Source: a virus (Duplodnaviria > Caudoviricetes). Taken from it: a DNA stretch of 64,000 bases. The notes beneath the pieces are model-generated. The model made no database searches. It had not been told where the DNA came from and saw only the letters and a program-made list of their open reading frames with translations. The stretch is taken from positions 32,001-96,000 of IMG/VR virus record IMGVR_UViG_3300028591_000012, one strand, 5' to 3'. Of this stretch, positions 31,636 to 44,188 are shown one piece after another. The position numbers were made by a program, and so were the translations under genes. The stretch's first letter is position 1; every line of letters begins with the position of its first letter.

Positions 31636-33060
31636 TTATTCAATCTCCTTTGGAAGTACAATTTCTTTCCAAGCGATAGAATCACTTATTGCATTACTGT
31701 AAGCCATATTATCTAATGCAATAAATCGCTTACCATTCCAATAACAAACTGTAGGAATGTGAAAACTATACTTTTTATAAAAATCGTGAAGGTTAGAATC
31801 CCAAGTATAAACTCTAACCAAATATAAAGAATCTGTATCTTTCGGTAAGTCATTCGGATTCTTTCTCAAATCGTGCCATTCATTAGCCTTGTTATATCCG
31901 TCATTAAATCCGTCTTTATAGATTTCCAATTCTGGTTTCATCTCATATCCTAAAGGCTTTTTCTTAAATAGTTCTTCTGCAAATTTTTCTTCTTCTGACA
32001 TAGTTACTCCTCCAGACCTAACATTTTGTCGTAAACTCCCATTGTTTCTAAAATTGATTTGAGTGCTCCACATAAAGCATGAATAGAAATAATACACCAC
32101 AATAGACCCAAAAACAGGATAAGACATATTATTGATAAAATAATTACTGCTTTCATAGCTACTCCCACTCAATTCTTAATTTGTCATAATAAAATATACC
32201 AGAGAATGTAAATTCTCCTCTCTCTAATTTACATTTGAACCCTTCAGCTTCTAATTTTTTGGCAACAAGCCACAAAGCAAAATAATCACCATTAGAACAA
32301 TGCCTTTCTATGTAGCAATAATTACTTGTTGCATTTTCAATTGTTAATTTAGCAAAATACATCAAACGTTTATATTTGGCTCTCGTTTCTCTCTTCCAAT
32401 TCTTTCTTGTGCGTTTTCGTAATTTTTCTATATTCATTTATTTACTCTCCTTTTCTACAAATATATAATCTTCTTCCGGCTTATAGCCTTCGGGCCATTC
32501 AAGTTCATTTACATTTACAAGATATCCAAGTCCACCAATCTTGCCGCACAAAACCCAGTTTACTGACTCAGTATGATTATTGTATTCGCTTTGATGATGA
32601 ACACAATAATTGTATGCTGCAGGATTATGAAATGCAGAAGCCTGCCAATCTTCTCCTGCAATTTTCTTCCACCAATCTTCAATTACAATAGAATTACCTT
32701 TTAAGTAACCCTTTATAATTTTTAATTCTTTATTTGCAAGTGAAGATGATTTTAATTCTCTTTCAATAAAACCGTGAGTACGTCTATACTCTTCTTCATA
32801 TGCTTTCTGATTACCAAAGTAAATCTTAGCAAAATCTACTTTAGATATTCCAAAGAGTTCAATTTCACCGTTCATTATCTGGTTATAATATCCAAGCATT
32901 TTCTCTCTAATTTCGAATTCTTCCAGCAGTTTAAACTTTCTGATTTTTTCTATTTCTTCAGGTATTTCAGAAGAATCCGGCATAAGAATTGCTGCAACCT
33001 TACCAAACATTCCATTAAACATAGAACCCATACTTTCAAACACTTTCAACCTCCTTAATG

Positions 33061-34077
33061 TTAAAAAATGTCATATTCATTCAAATCATCTTTATTTTCA
33101 GCAAACAATGCCTGTTCCACAAGATTTTCAGTTGTCAAGTTTTCTTTTACAACTGGCTTAATATTATCAAAAGAAAGCTCCTGAACTTCTTCTTTTTGCA
33201 GGTTTTCTACAGAATCCTTAGTTTTATCTGTAATCTCTTCTGACATTTCATTTATAAGTCCGAGTTCAATAAAAGCTTCCTGTATTTCTCTTGGGTACAA
33301 CTCGTGAGCCGTATCATAAGCGTTTTTAATTCTCTTTGCTGTGTGAGGGAATAAGAGTATAAACTTCTTCCAGCCACCTTTTGCGTGAATAATCTCCATA
33401 TGCTCTTCTTCCGTAAGCATTATCCAGTTCCAGGAGCAATCACGATATTCAGGGTGAGCCGATTTCGTCATTATATGGTGCAGCTGCAAATTTTCCACAT
33501 CTACGCCGCTTGCAAATGAAAAGTGATTTCTTTTTCTCCATTCTTCTTCAGAAAGCATATTACCCTGTTTATCATAATCAAAGTAATTGCCTTTTCCATA
33601 ACCGTTTTCAGCCTGAAATTCTTCAAAGATTTCTTTTAACTCAATCTGCTGAGTATCTATAAGAGGGTTTCCAGCATATTCATAAATATCAGCAATGATA
33701 GAGCCAATAAATGAAGCTGCCTGAGGTTTTGACATTCTTGAAAGAGGTATAGGGGCAAGATCATCTGAACCCTCTTCTACAGGTTCACGTTCCGCATATC
33801 TCCATAAAAGTTTCGAATATTCAAAAGCCTGTTCTGTATCAGTAGGTTTTCTGTGATGTTGAATTTCAAATCTTAAATCTATGAGAGCAAAAATTGTCTT
33901 TACCTGGTCGTAAGACTTATCGCCTTTTAACAGGTCAACTGTAACCGTAACATATTTATCTTTTACGTTCTCAGAAAAAGTATCTAAGATAACTCTGTCT
34001 GCTTTTGTAGCAGGTAATAACAGATATGAGCCATTTTCAAACTTATGAGGGATTGCCTTAAAAGATATTTTACTCAA
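33061..34077 (-). CDS. Phage protein with C-terminal HNH-like motif
   Basis: LQLHHI...NWIMLTEEEH...H. Confidence 0.5.
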   Translation of the reverse strand: MSKISFKAIPHKFENGSYLLLPATKADRVILDTFSENVKDKYVTVTVDLLKGDKSYDQVKTIFALIDLRFEIQHHRKPTDTEQAFEYSKLLWRYAEREPVEEGSDDLAPIPLSRMSKPQAASFIGSIIADIYEYAGNPLIDTQQIELKEIFEEFQAENGYGKGNYFDYDKQGNMLSEEEWRKRNHFSFASGVDVENLQLHHIMTKSAHPEYRDCSWNWIMLTEEEHMEIIHAKGGWKKFILLFPHTAKRIKNAYDTAHELYPREIQEAFIELGLINEMSEEITDKTKDSVENLQKEEVQELSFDNIKPVVKENLTTENLVEQALFAENKDDLNEYDIF

Positions 34078-34173
34078 TTTCTACCACCTGAATATAATAA
34101 TAACATACTGTAAGTATTTTGTAAACAAAAATAATATAGTAGTAGTATATTACATCTTGCATTTATAAAATAA

Positions 34174-34485
34174 TTGACATATAATTTAGATATGAGAAAT
34201 GAAATTAAAAAGACAGAGAAGACTGGTAAAGTTATTAGTCTTTACCCTTCTACTTATGATTTAGTTATTAAGAATAAGGGTGACTTACAGATTGCTACAT
34301 TCATAGACGAGGCTGTAAGACACTATATCAAGACTATTGATGACTCTTCGGATATGAATAAGATTTTGAAGAATATTGAGGAAATCAGAGATGCCGTAAG
34401 AACTAACCTTGGTCTGAGCTGCGAAGTATTAAAACAGGCAGGGATATTAAACGGCAACGGTGAAATACAGTTTAAGAAAGGTTAA
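34174..34485 (+). CDS. Small putative DNA-binding protein
   Basis: Lone + strand ORF downstream of TTGCAT/TATAAT-like promoter elements; VISL...FIDEAVRHYI resembles a ribbon-helix-helix. Confidence 0.45.
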   Translation: MTYNLDMRNEIKKTEKTGKVISLYPSTYDLVIKNKGDLQIATFIDEAVRHYIKTIDDSSDMNKILKNIEEIRDAVRTNLGLSCEVLKQAGILNGNGEIQFKKG

Positions 34486-37400
34486 TTTGCTTCCCAGGCA
34501 CTAAAGTACCTCTCGTTACTTTAGTGCTTTTCCTTATATTTGATTCCTAAGTCAAAAGCCTTGCGGAGCATAACAAACATTTCGTTTGAGATTTCGTGTT
34601 TCTTTCTCAACTTGTCTACGAAGTTACAGAAAGCATAATTCTGCTCAATAGCTTCATTTTCCTTGATAGCTTTCTTGTACTGTGATTCAGAAACTTCTAC
34701 TGGAATCTGACCTTCACCTTTACAGTCGTTACAAGTCTTATCAAGAATCTTTCCTGTTCCTTTGCAGAACTTACAATCTATATAAACTAATCTCATATAA
34801 TACACCTCATTTATTTATCGGCAGGTTCTTCTTTCCAAAATATTCTTTTTATAAATGATATACCCACCTCTTACAGAGTTTTCACTACAAGAATAAGACT
34901 GTGCGAGAATAAGATAATCAGCAGATTCTTCAAGAAGGAATCCAACTGTTTCAATCGGCTTGATTTCGTCTTTAAGTTTCTTTACATCTTCAACATCCTG
35001 CCACCTGTCTGCAAGTAATGAATAACCAGAATCAATCCATTTTACATATACAATATTGTTTGTCATTTACTTTTCCTCCTCCTTTTTTTTCATCGGACAA
35101 GGGAAAATATGGTGACAATTTGCTGTACAGTAATATTTTGCTATATTGTCACCTTCAAGTTGCTTGTACTTTAAGTATTCACAGCTTCTACAAGGCTCTA
35201 ATTCTGGTAAATACTTTTCATTCATTTCAAGCAATCCTCCGTTATTCTTATTTTATGTAAACTGTCATAATCATCAAAATTATTCCAGTTCACTAAAACT
35301 CTGTCGGTCAAGTCTACTTCTCCGTTATGGTCGTAAAACTTACCCTTAATCTTTGTTACAAAGTGACCGTAGATTACATCGTAGAAGATTTCACCGCCGA
35401 ACCTAGATTGCAAGATAACTGCAAAGTAATAGCAGTTACCACAAGTCCAATTAGAATCATCGGGAAATCTGCGATGTATAAACTCGGTCACTTCGTTCAT
35501 TCAGTAATACCGCAGGGAGTACCGTCTAAGAAAGTGTAATTATCAAACAATTCTTGCAATCCAATTCGATTTATTTCACCGCCTAGTGTTACACCATACG
35601 GAGCATATTCCACAATTAAGGAATCACGTTCAGTATCTTTTTCTCTTACCCATACAGCAGGCTTATACAATGACGAAAAATAAATATCACATCCGACTGC
35701 TGATTTATATTTTTTCTGATAATGCTCAATCAGTTCATTACAATCTTTAAACGGTTGAGTTTGTTCTTCTCTTTCGTATTTGTCAGAATCTATATAATCA
35801 CAACAAGGTTCATCAACTGATTCAAGACTTATGTATTTGCAACCTTTACAGTTACAAGAATGGTCTGCATCTTCTGGTTTGATACGAAATGAATGATTGT
35901 TCACAAAACTAATAGGCATATCACAATCAACCCATTCTCCGTCAAGATTCAAGTGCTGTATTGTTTTTCCTTCTCCGTATGCTTTAATAACTTCTATTCC
36001 GTGAGTTTCAATTATCTCACAGATTTCTTTCGCTTGTTCTCTATTCATTTATTCATTCTCCTTTATTTTTTTTTGATTAACTCTATTATTTCTATAATTT
36101 TGCAAACTACCCAAATACCTACAACTACATCAAGGATTATCATTATCATTTTTTTTCTATCTCCTTAATATATTTCCATAATGTCAAAATCATCTGCTTC
36201 TTCTGGATATTCGTTACACAATCTACAAAGTTCTGTTACAGCCTTATAATGTTCACTCCATATAGACCAAATATTTTTTGTCTTTTTATTATAGACAGCA
36301 GAACCGTGGTGTAAAAAATCCAACTTCTGCTTAATAGCTAATAAAATCAATTCAGTAAATTTACTCATTTTCTATTCACTCTCCTTCAAAAAGTTTATTG
36401 CCTTTTCTTTTACATATTCATCAGGATTGTCTAACAGTTCTTGAATGATTGTTTTTGCACACTCAAGCTGTTCTTCAACGCTCTTTGTTTTGGCTTTTTC
36501 GTTTTCTTCTGCAAGAGCCATACTTGCACCTATTCCCCATAGTAAAGCACCTAACATTTATTTACTCTCCTTACCATTTAATTTCTAAAACATCATTAAA
36601 ACTTCCACAGAAGTCCTATAACAATAAACATTCAAAACCTTTTCTTTCCAACTTCTTTTTTATCAACCAAGTAATAAACCTGTATTCTTCTTTAAACTCA
36701 ACTGAACATCGTCTTTCACGAGCGTTTTCAATCGCAAGTTCCGTAGAATCTTTTAACAATTTATATTTTCTTCTTATCCACTTTTTATAATTTTTTCGTG
36801 TTTGTTTTCGTAATTTTTCCAAATAGATTTGTTTTTTTTATTTCTTCTAAATCACTTATTTATTCACTCTCCTTTGGAAGTTCTGGAAGTACAATTTCTT
36901 TCCAAGCGTAAGGTTTCCGTACTTGGCAACATCTACTGTCGTGATAAACACTGTTATAATACCAAGCAACATAAATCCTTCCACCTCTTACACAGAGTAG
37001 TGGTACATCTTCGGGTGGTAATTCATCTTTCTCATAATGCCATTCATTAGCCTTGTTATAGCCGTATTCAACTGCTTTACGAAGATACTTTTCAAACTGT
37101 GAAGGAATAGAACCGTGAGCCGATTCATAATACTTCGCCATACCTTGTACATATCCTTCTGCTTCCTGTTTTAATTGTTCTTCTTTAGTCATTTTTATCT
37201 CCCTAAAACTCAATTCCGTGTGCCTGCTTAAACCTGTCTACGCAGTCCATTCCGCAGTTATCAACATCATCATCTTCTTCACTGTAACCCCAGAACTCCC
37301 AATCTTCATCACGCAGATATTCTTCAACCTTTGCTTCAATTTCTTCTGCTTCAATCGGCTCGTCATTATCTACGTAATGTGCATTACTAATATCAATATC

Positions 37401-37895
37401 AGCAATATCACCCTCACTATCCAAGTCTGCGTATAAATCCATTTCAACATCACGGTCATTAAATACAATGCTATACTTTCCTTCATACTCACCTTTCATT
37501 TACCATTCCTCCATAATTCCTTTGATTGTTGCTTCATAAGTCTGTTCATATTTGAGCAGGCTTTGTACCGTTTCATTTTTATATTCAGCAAGCTCTTTAG
37601 AAGTTCTGTCACTGTACACTTCTACGAACTTCTCTAAATCCTGCTTATAAGTTTTGACTGTTTCGTGTAACTGTTCAACTTCTGCTGTGGATTCGTTGTA
37701 ACTGTCTTTAAGTTGGCAGTAAGCAAAGGTCAAAACAAGAATCCAAGCTGTAAGGATAAAAAAACTAAAACTAATCGCTTTCATTTTTCTTTCTCCATTC
37801 CAGTATCATTTTTTTACAGGAATCACAAACATACTTCTCGTGAGGTAGCAACTCACATTTACACTCACAACAAGTTTTAATCTTGATATTTTCCA

Positions 37896-38762
37896 TCAGC
37901 TCTCCTTTACAATTTCAGCTTCTGCGTCTATTCCACTGATTTCCCTAAAAATCTCATTATTCCAGTTAGGCAGTTTAAGTAGTTTTTTGTGTTCTTCTTT
38001 ATCAGCTTTATCCCAAGCTAATCTAAACGCATCTTTATATTCAAGTTTTTTCAAGAAACCACCGCAAGTTTCAATTTCTGTTTTATGGACTTCTTTTTCT
38101 TCATCCGTTGCTGTATCGTGAGATACCCATATTGTTAAATCGAAATACAAAAAAGAAGGGAAATCAATTTCATCTATTGTTTTATCAGTTTCTTTATTGA
38201 AAATACGAATAAGAGGTGAATTAGTGTTAAAATAACCGCTGTTCCAATCACCGCTGTTCCAATCACCGCTGTTCCAATTACCGCTGTTCCAATTACCGCT
38301 GTTCCAATCACCGCTGTTCCAATTACCGCTGTTACAATCACCGCTGTTCCAATCACCGCTGTTCCAATTACCGCTGTTCCAATCACCGCTGTTCCAATTA
38401 CCGCTGTTACGATTACCGCTGTTACGATTACCGCTGTTCCAATCACCGCTGTTCCAATCACCGCTGTTTATCAATTCTTTCTTTTCATCGCCTTTTATTT
38501 CTCGCAGAATCTTAATTTTATTCGTGCAATATTTGTCACCATCTTTTACATAATCTCCTGCAATAATTTCAAACAATCTGCTTTCTGACAATTTATAATT
38601 AGATTCTTTTTCAATTGCAAAAAGTTCTCGGCAGAAATGAAAACCTGTATCTGTACAGCATCTCAAATCTTCCTTCTTTGTGTCCTTTTTGTAAGTTTTA
38701 CCAACTTCAAACTTAAAACCTCTACAACAACCATTCATATCTGTAGCTTTGTAACCAATCAT
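37896..38762 (-). CDS. Phage protein with NSG(D/N)W pentapeptide repeats
   Basis: GYKATD...CRGFKFEVGK...GFHFC N-terminal domain plus 15 NSGxx repeats. Confidence 0.85.
   Translation of the reverse strand: MIGYKATDMNGCCRGFKFEVGKTYKKDTKKEDLRCCTDTGFHFCRELFAIEKESNYKLSESRLFEIIAGDYVKDGDKYCTNKIKILREIKGDEKKELINSGDWNSGDWNSGNRNSGNRNSGNWNSGDWNSGNWNSGDWNSGDCNSGNWNSGDWNSGNWNSGNWNSGDWNSGDWNSGYFNTNSPLIRIFNKETDKTIDEIDFPSFLYFDLTIWVSHDTATDEEKEVHKTEIETCGGFLKKLEYKDAFRLAWDKADKEEHKKLLKLPNWNNEIFREISGIDAEAEIVKES
38236..38468. repeat. 15-bp coding tandem repeat, about 15.5 copies
   Basis: CCGCTGTT(C/A)C(A/G)AT(C/T)A units. Confidence 0.95.
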
Positions 38763-39471
38763 TTAATTACTCCTTACTTCCTAAAATTACCTTATCATCA
38801 ACAACCATTACCTTGCCGATTTCCTTTATCTCAAATCCTGTTACGTGCAGGACTTCCGCTTGTCCTAGCCCTTCTTCGTGAGAAAGGACTAACAATCTGT
38901 CACTTAATTCCTGTACTGTCATTTTTGAACCTCACTTTCAATCTGACACTTTAATTTTTCAAGACACGCAGAACACAAATGAACTGCAAGAGGTATGTAA
39001 TCTTCTCTAATCACAAAGGTTACTTCGTAGACATTATTTCCACTCATACAGCTTAAACAAGTCCTGCGTTTACCAGCTTTTGTAATCTTAATCATTATCT
39101 AACTCCTTGAAACAGTCTGGTACTATATCAGGCCACCAAGACAGTCTGAAGCAGTTAATATCTTTTACAAGCGGATGTTCAGCTTTCAATTGTTCTAAGG
39201 TCTTAGAAGGCTCTGCTTTCTTGGTTTCAAGTTTTTCCCTTCTGTCTTTCTGATAATTGGCCCACTCCATAAATTCTTTGTAAGCTACATAATCCCAGAT
39301 ACCTTCACGTGATACATTAGTTGGCCGGTAACTTGCCTTAAAGCCAAGCTTAGCCATAATTCCTCTTACACCCTCTTTTGAATATCCGCTTAATAAAGCA
39401 ATATCCTCTGTCGTAAACACTCTTTCTGCCGGAGGCTTTGTTCCGAAACTTGAATCATTTATCTGCATAAA

Positions 39472-40347
39472 CTACTCCTTCCAAACTTTTCCAAGATTTT
39501 GATTTTTCCTTTCATCAGGAGCTGATATAACTACGAAAGTAGAGTCCTGTCTAAGTCTGCTTAAAATGTCATTGTCTATGAAGTTTTCAAAACATTTGTT
39601 GCAGCCACCTTCCTTACAGTCACTCTTAAAGTGACCGTTTGTCATAAGCATAAAAGGAAGGTTTCTCGTGTGTCGTTTATCTAAAATATAAGAAAGCCAG
39701 TTTAGCTCTGTTTCACTTCCTTTTGTTCTCCCCAATTCATCAATCGCCAGGAAAGGAACAGATGCAAGTTCTTTTACAATATCAAGCTCACTTCTGTCTG
39801 CTTTTACCGTATAAGACTGTCGGATCATCGTACTTATTTCATACATTGAGTAGATTCTGCCATCAAGCTTCTTTACAGCTATGCTTGCAAGCATTGTTTT
39901 TCCGATTCCATTTGGTCCCATTAAAACGACCTTTCCGTGTTTTTCTTCGACCATTTTCATTACAGCTTTCTTTGCCCTTTCCTGTGTTGTAGATTTAGGA
40001 ACATAATCATCAAACTCACAGTCATAATATTCCGGCTCAATATTTAGATAAGCGTAATGGTTATGAAGCTTCTGCCTTTCAATATCTGCTCTGATTTTTT
40101 CCTCCTGTTCTTCTTTACAAGCATAACAAGTAAACTCTCGATTTCTTTCGTCAAGATAAATTGTAGTAAAACCTTTTTGTAATCCGTGCTTTTCACAAAT
40201 CTGTTCATCTTCAATTATGTTTTTAATACCCTGCTTTCTATACTCTTCGTATCCTAAAGGATCATCACTACAACATTCAGATGGTTCATCTAAGCACTTA
40301 AATCTTATACACTCAGGTATCTCTTGTGTTGTGTGTATCTCGTTCAT
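39472..40347 (-). CDS. DnaC/IstB-like ATPase (helicase loader)
   Basis: GPNGIGKT Walker A, IDELG Walker B, TN, SRL. Confidence 0.88.
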   Translation of the reverse strand: MNEIHTTQEIPECIRFKCLDEPSECCSDDPLGYEEYRKQGIKNIIEDEQICEKHGLQKGFTTIYLDERNREFTCYACKEEQEEKIRADIERQKLHNHYAYLNIEPEYYDCEFDDYVPKSTTQERAKKAVMKMVEEKHGKVVLMGPNGIGKTMLASIAVKKLDGRIYSMYEISTMIRQSYTVKADRSELDIVKELASVPFLAIDELGRTKGSETELNWLSYILDKRHTRNLPFMLMTNGHFKSDCKEGGCNKCFENFIDNDILSRLRQDSTFVVISAPDERKNQNLGKVWKE

Positions 40348-41366
40348 AAAGCCTCCTCGTATACAGCCATATCACTTAAATCAATTTTATCTTCAAGTGA
40401 TTTTTTGTTTGAAAAATTATTCTGTTTCTGCGCGGTGTTTTTATATGCAGCATTTTTGTAAGTTTTATTTATTAAGTTAGGTAATTCGTTAGGACCAAAT
40501 ATTTTTATGAAAGGATATTTTTCATTTATTGCAAGCCATTCGTGATTTATAGACTCTTCAACAGCTTTCACGACATTATCAACTCCGAAGTTCTCAAAAG
40601 CAGATTTAATTATCTTCTTCGCATAGACAGGTAATACAGGATGTTCATTCTCAATTACACCTTTATCATATAGTGTCTTGCAATTAGCAAAATAAGCATT
40701 GAAAACCCTTGTGTAATCCTCGTTCTTAAACGACTTTTTCTGTTTCGCATTAGTTGCGGCTTCGTCGCAACAATGAGAATTAGATGTTGTTTGTATATTT
40801 GTATGTGTATTAGTTGTATTTGTCTCACGTTCTGATGTGGATACCTGTCCCGAAATTTCGTGATAGGTATCACAATTTTGTGATTTTTCATCTTCTTTAA
40901 GTTCTTCTGAATCGTTATTAGTTATATTATTAACTTCGCTAGAAAACTCTTTTATCTTTGAAGGAATCAATTCAATATAAAGAACGTTTGAACATTTAAC
41001 ACCGTTTACATCAATGGTCTTAAACACTTTTTTTAATAAACCTAATGTTTGAAGAAATGTGATTACATCTGTTGCCTGTCTTTTAGATATTCCAAACTTT
41101 GCTGCAATATCTGCATAACTTCTTTGTAGAAGTTCATCTCTGAATTTTTTCTTATAACCTATTACCATACCTGATTTCTCATCACGTACTTCTGTCCATT
41201 TATACCAATACATCAAGTCCCATAGAATTAATATTGCAACAGCGTGAGGTTGATTTTTCATTCGTATAGTCTTATACCAGGCCTCTGGTATAGAGTTGAT
41301 GTGTAATTTTGATATTTCGTCAACAATTGTATTACCTGAAATGCTATCTTTCATTTTATTACCCAC
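40344..41366 (-). CDS. Phage replication initiator
   Basis: IPEAWY...YWY...LQRSYADIAAKFGISKRQ wHTH; directly upstream of the DnaC-like gene. Confidence 0.75.
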   Translation of the reverse strand: MGNKMKDSISGNTIVDEISKLHINSIPEAWYKTIRMKNQPHAVAILILWDLMYWYKWTEVRDEKSGMVIGYKKKFRDELLQRSYADIAAKFGISKRQATDVITFLQTLGLLKKVFKTIDVNGVKCSNVLYIELIPSKIKEFSSEVNNITNNDSEELKEDEKSQNCDTYHEISGQVSTSERETNTTNTHTNIQTTSNSHCCDEAATNAKQKKSFKNEDYTRVFNAYFANCKTLYDKGVIENEHPVLPVYAKKIIKSAFENFGVDNVVKAVEESINHEWLAINEKYPFIKIFGPNELPNLINKTYKNAAYKNTAQKQNNFSNKKSLEDKIDLSDMAVYEEAL

Positions 41367-41378
41367 CCATTATTTTTT

Positions 41379-42125
41379 TTAATCTTCTATATCGTGAAAT
41401 TTTTTATGACAGTTATTACATAATACGATTAAGTCTTTAAGGTTCTTTGCTTCATAACCGTGATTTTCATAAGTTTTATGATGTACATTTAAAAATCCTT
41501 TTGAGTTACATAATTCACACTTGAAACCGGCTTGTTGCTTTTTCTTTTGAGATACAGCAATCCAATATGGCGTTGAAAGAAACTCTTTGTATTCTAAAGT
41601 TTTAATGTTAGAAGCTACTAAGTCGCAATCTACATTTGCTAATTCGTCAAGAAGTAATGAAAAATATTTGTACGAAGGAATTCTTTGACTCCAACTTCTA
41701 TTAGGATTTAAGTAAAGTTCAATGAATGTTTGTGTATTTTTAGTAATATTTTCTTTTATTTCGGCAGCTCTTTCAGCTGCTTCTTCTCGTTGTTTTTTGT
41801 ATTTTTCATTTCTGCAGTTTTGACATTGAAAAACATATTTTTCTGAAACATATTCCATAAGTCTTGCTTTAGATAATTCTAAACCATAGATTTTATTACA
41901 ATCACAGCAATTCACATCAACGTAATATACAGCTCTATGATCTCCCTGGCCTAATCTTTCAAAGCAATCTGATACAGTTACAGTATTAGTTTCTTTTTGG
42001 ATTTCCTTTAATTTAAGAAAAGCTTCATTGGAAATTTTTATACCGTTATTTATGAAGCATTTTTTCTGATACCTTGCGATACAATATTTTTCCATTTCTA
42101 AAAGTGTAGACATAGAAAGTTCCAT
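41379..42125 (-). CDS. HNH endonuclease
   Basis: YKEFLSTPYW...CELC...LNVHHKTY...DLIVLCNNCH. Confidence 0.8.
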   Translation of the reverse strand: MELSMSTLLEMEKYCIARYQKKCFINNGIKISNEAFLKLKEIQKETNTVTVSDCFERLGQGDHRAVYYVDVNCCDCNKIYGLELSKARLMEYVSEKYVFQCQNCRNEKYKKQREEAAERAAEIKENITKNTQTFIELYLNPNRSWSQRIPSYKYFSLLLDELANVDCDLVASNIKTLEYKEFLSTPYWIAVSQKKKQQAGFKCELCNSKGFLNVHHKTYENHGYEAKNLKDLIVLCNNCHKKFHDIED

Positions 42126-42149
42126 TTTATTTCCCCTCTTAAAAAATAT

Positions 42150-42290
42150 AAAAGCCCATTAAGCACAGGCTTTCGGCTGAGAGACCGAAAGAATAAACCT
42201 TATTCACCAGCAAATAAGGCTATCTTGCCTGTCCTTAATAGGCTCTTTTTCACTGGTGTTAGGGTTTCATTGTGGTTTCTCACGCCACGT
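42150..42290 (-). ncRNA. C4-like antisense/attenuator RNA
   Basis: Cloverleaf-like stems; loop motifs CACCAG (42205) and TGAGA complementary to CTGGTG (42253) and TCTCA (42278). Confidence 0.5.
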
Positions 42291-43588
42291 TTATAATAGT
42301 AATCCTTAGAAAAAACGAGCTTAAATCCAATCAATTTTTTTTCCTTACGATTACAACTTTTTTCTTAGGGAAATATTCAGTAACGAAGTCTAAAACATCG
42401 TGTACGTCACAGAAGCTTCTTACTACGTCTATATCCTTACCTACGCACATACATTCAACCTTGTCAGTCTTGTAGTCATAGATAAGGCGTATAGAACGGT
42501 CCATAGTCTTAAACCACGCTGTAGTAAGTTCATTCTTTACATCTTCATCAGTAAATTCAAACCTTACTTCCATAACCTGCGGCAAATCAGCTACTGCAGC
42601 AATTGCGTGTCTGAAATTTGCCATAGGCCAGTTTATTACTGGCCTTACGTGGTCTACTTTCGGGTCCTTTTCATCAAGAGCCTTCTTCAAAGCCATTTTA
42701 ATTTTGTTTCTTGTAATCATTTCCAACCCCCATTGCCTTTGATGGACACGGCATAGTTTATATATTTTCTGTACATTCTAAGGTTTCCCCTTTCCTTATA
42801 TTTCTCTGCACAGATCAAGCAGTATTCATATTCTGTCATCACGCGCACCTCAACAAAGCAAGCTTTAATCTTTCAATAACTGAAGTTCCTGGAATACCGT
42901 AAGAATCCAAGAGTGAAGTAATCTCATTATGTTCAATTCTCAGTTTCTCAAGTTCTTCTTTATCAGCTTTGTCTTCAGCTTCAAATTCATCAAACATTTC
43001 CTTAAGCTGAGTTTCTTCGTAACCCATAAGTTTTTTTAATTCATCTGCCTGTCCGTCCATTAAGCTACCTCCATATATTTAAGTGATTCTGTAAAGAACT
43101 TAATCTGTTCCTTGCAGAACTCAACCGGCTTACCGTTTTCGAGAACATCTACTAATGTTGATACGCCTTTTGAATAACGTGAAAGTGGATGGCATACTGA
43201 ATCATCAAGTAATGTCTCACCTTTTTTTCCAATCTGTTTGATAAAGAAGCCGCGGTCAATGTTATCACCAAGCCAGCAGTAATGTACCGTTACTTCAACT
43301 GTAAGGTCATCTTCCGTGATTCTGAACTTGCATCCGAAATCACCACTCATATCGTATTCTGATTCATCAGATACTTCGTAATTCTTTTTAAGTTCTTCTG
43401 TTACTTCCCTTATTGCTGCAGGGATAAAGTCAGTTTCAAATCTGTTTAAACATTTCATATTTTCGCCTTCAAAAGTCATATTCTCCTCCAAAAATAAAGT
43501 CTTTGTACGTCGTCTGGAACATCGCAGGGGTGAGTTTTGGGAACTAACTGCGACTATCACACATACCGCCCGACAAGGCTATGTATGC

Positions 43589-44188
43589 TTACGCTGTTTT
43601 TTGGGATTCAATCCAAGCTATAGTATTTTTTATTCCTTCAAGATTTTTATTTGTTATGTACAGTTTTGCTTTTGTAAGATAGCCACCTTGAAGTAATCCG
43701 TCATTGATGTATGATTCAAGCTTTATTGTCTGATTGATAAGCTCACTGTCATCAGCTGGTCCTTTGTTGTTAGACTCTTTTGGAGTAAAAGCTTTATCAC
43801 TTGCATCTACATCTTTATCACCTGTAATGCCAAATGCAGAAATAAGAGCATAACGTCTGAAGTAAGTAATTGCGGCTCCACCTGCCTGTGTTTTGTTTAC
43901 ACCCTTCATATCAGTAATCGGGAACTCAGCAGTTTCTTCAAGCCATTCACCAGATTCGTGCATAATTCGTGTTGTAAGTCCTACTGTTATACCGTTATTA
44001 CCACCTACAGGTAATTGAATATATGAAAGACCAAACTCAGGAAGAGTTGCTTTCAACATATCAATAATTTTTTCGAGCGGAATATAATCATATCCATAAC
44101 CTTTTGAACTTGGATAAAGATTTGAGATTTTTGTCTGTGCCTTACAAAGTGCGGTTGCAAGATTTTTAATTGATTCTGAACTCTTCAT
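43589..44188 (-). CDS. ERF-family single-strand annealing recombinase
   Basis: GYGYDYIPLE, HESGEW, QAGGAAITYFRRYAL...GITGDKDVD. Confidence 0.9.
   Translation of the reverse strand: MKSSESIKNLATALCKAQTKISNLYPSSKGYGYDYIPLEKIIDMLKATLPEFGLSYIQLPVGGNNGITVGLTTRIMHESGEWLEETAEFPITDMKGVNKTQAGGAAITYFRRYALISAFGITGDKDVDASDKAFTPKESNNKGPADDSELINQTIKLESYINDGLLQGGYLTKAKLYITNKNLEGIKNTIAWIESQKTA

Noticed and set aside
36571-36618. Genome-wide TAG recoding suggested by one in-frame TAG
   Set aside because: Many genes end at TAG followed directly by the next RBS (for example 1659, 2430, 19344) and no suppressor tRNA is evident; a local nonsense mutation is more likely.
38236-38468. 15-bp tandem repeat as a CRISPR array or DGR template/target
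   Set aside because: It is an in-frame coding repeat (NSGxW) with no spacers; the alternative-frame IGTAV ORF (38174-38461) is a shadow.
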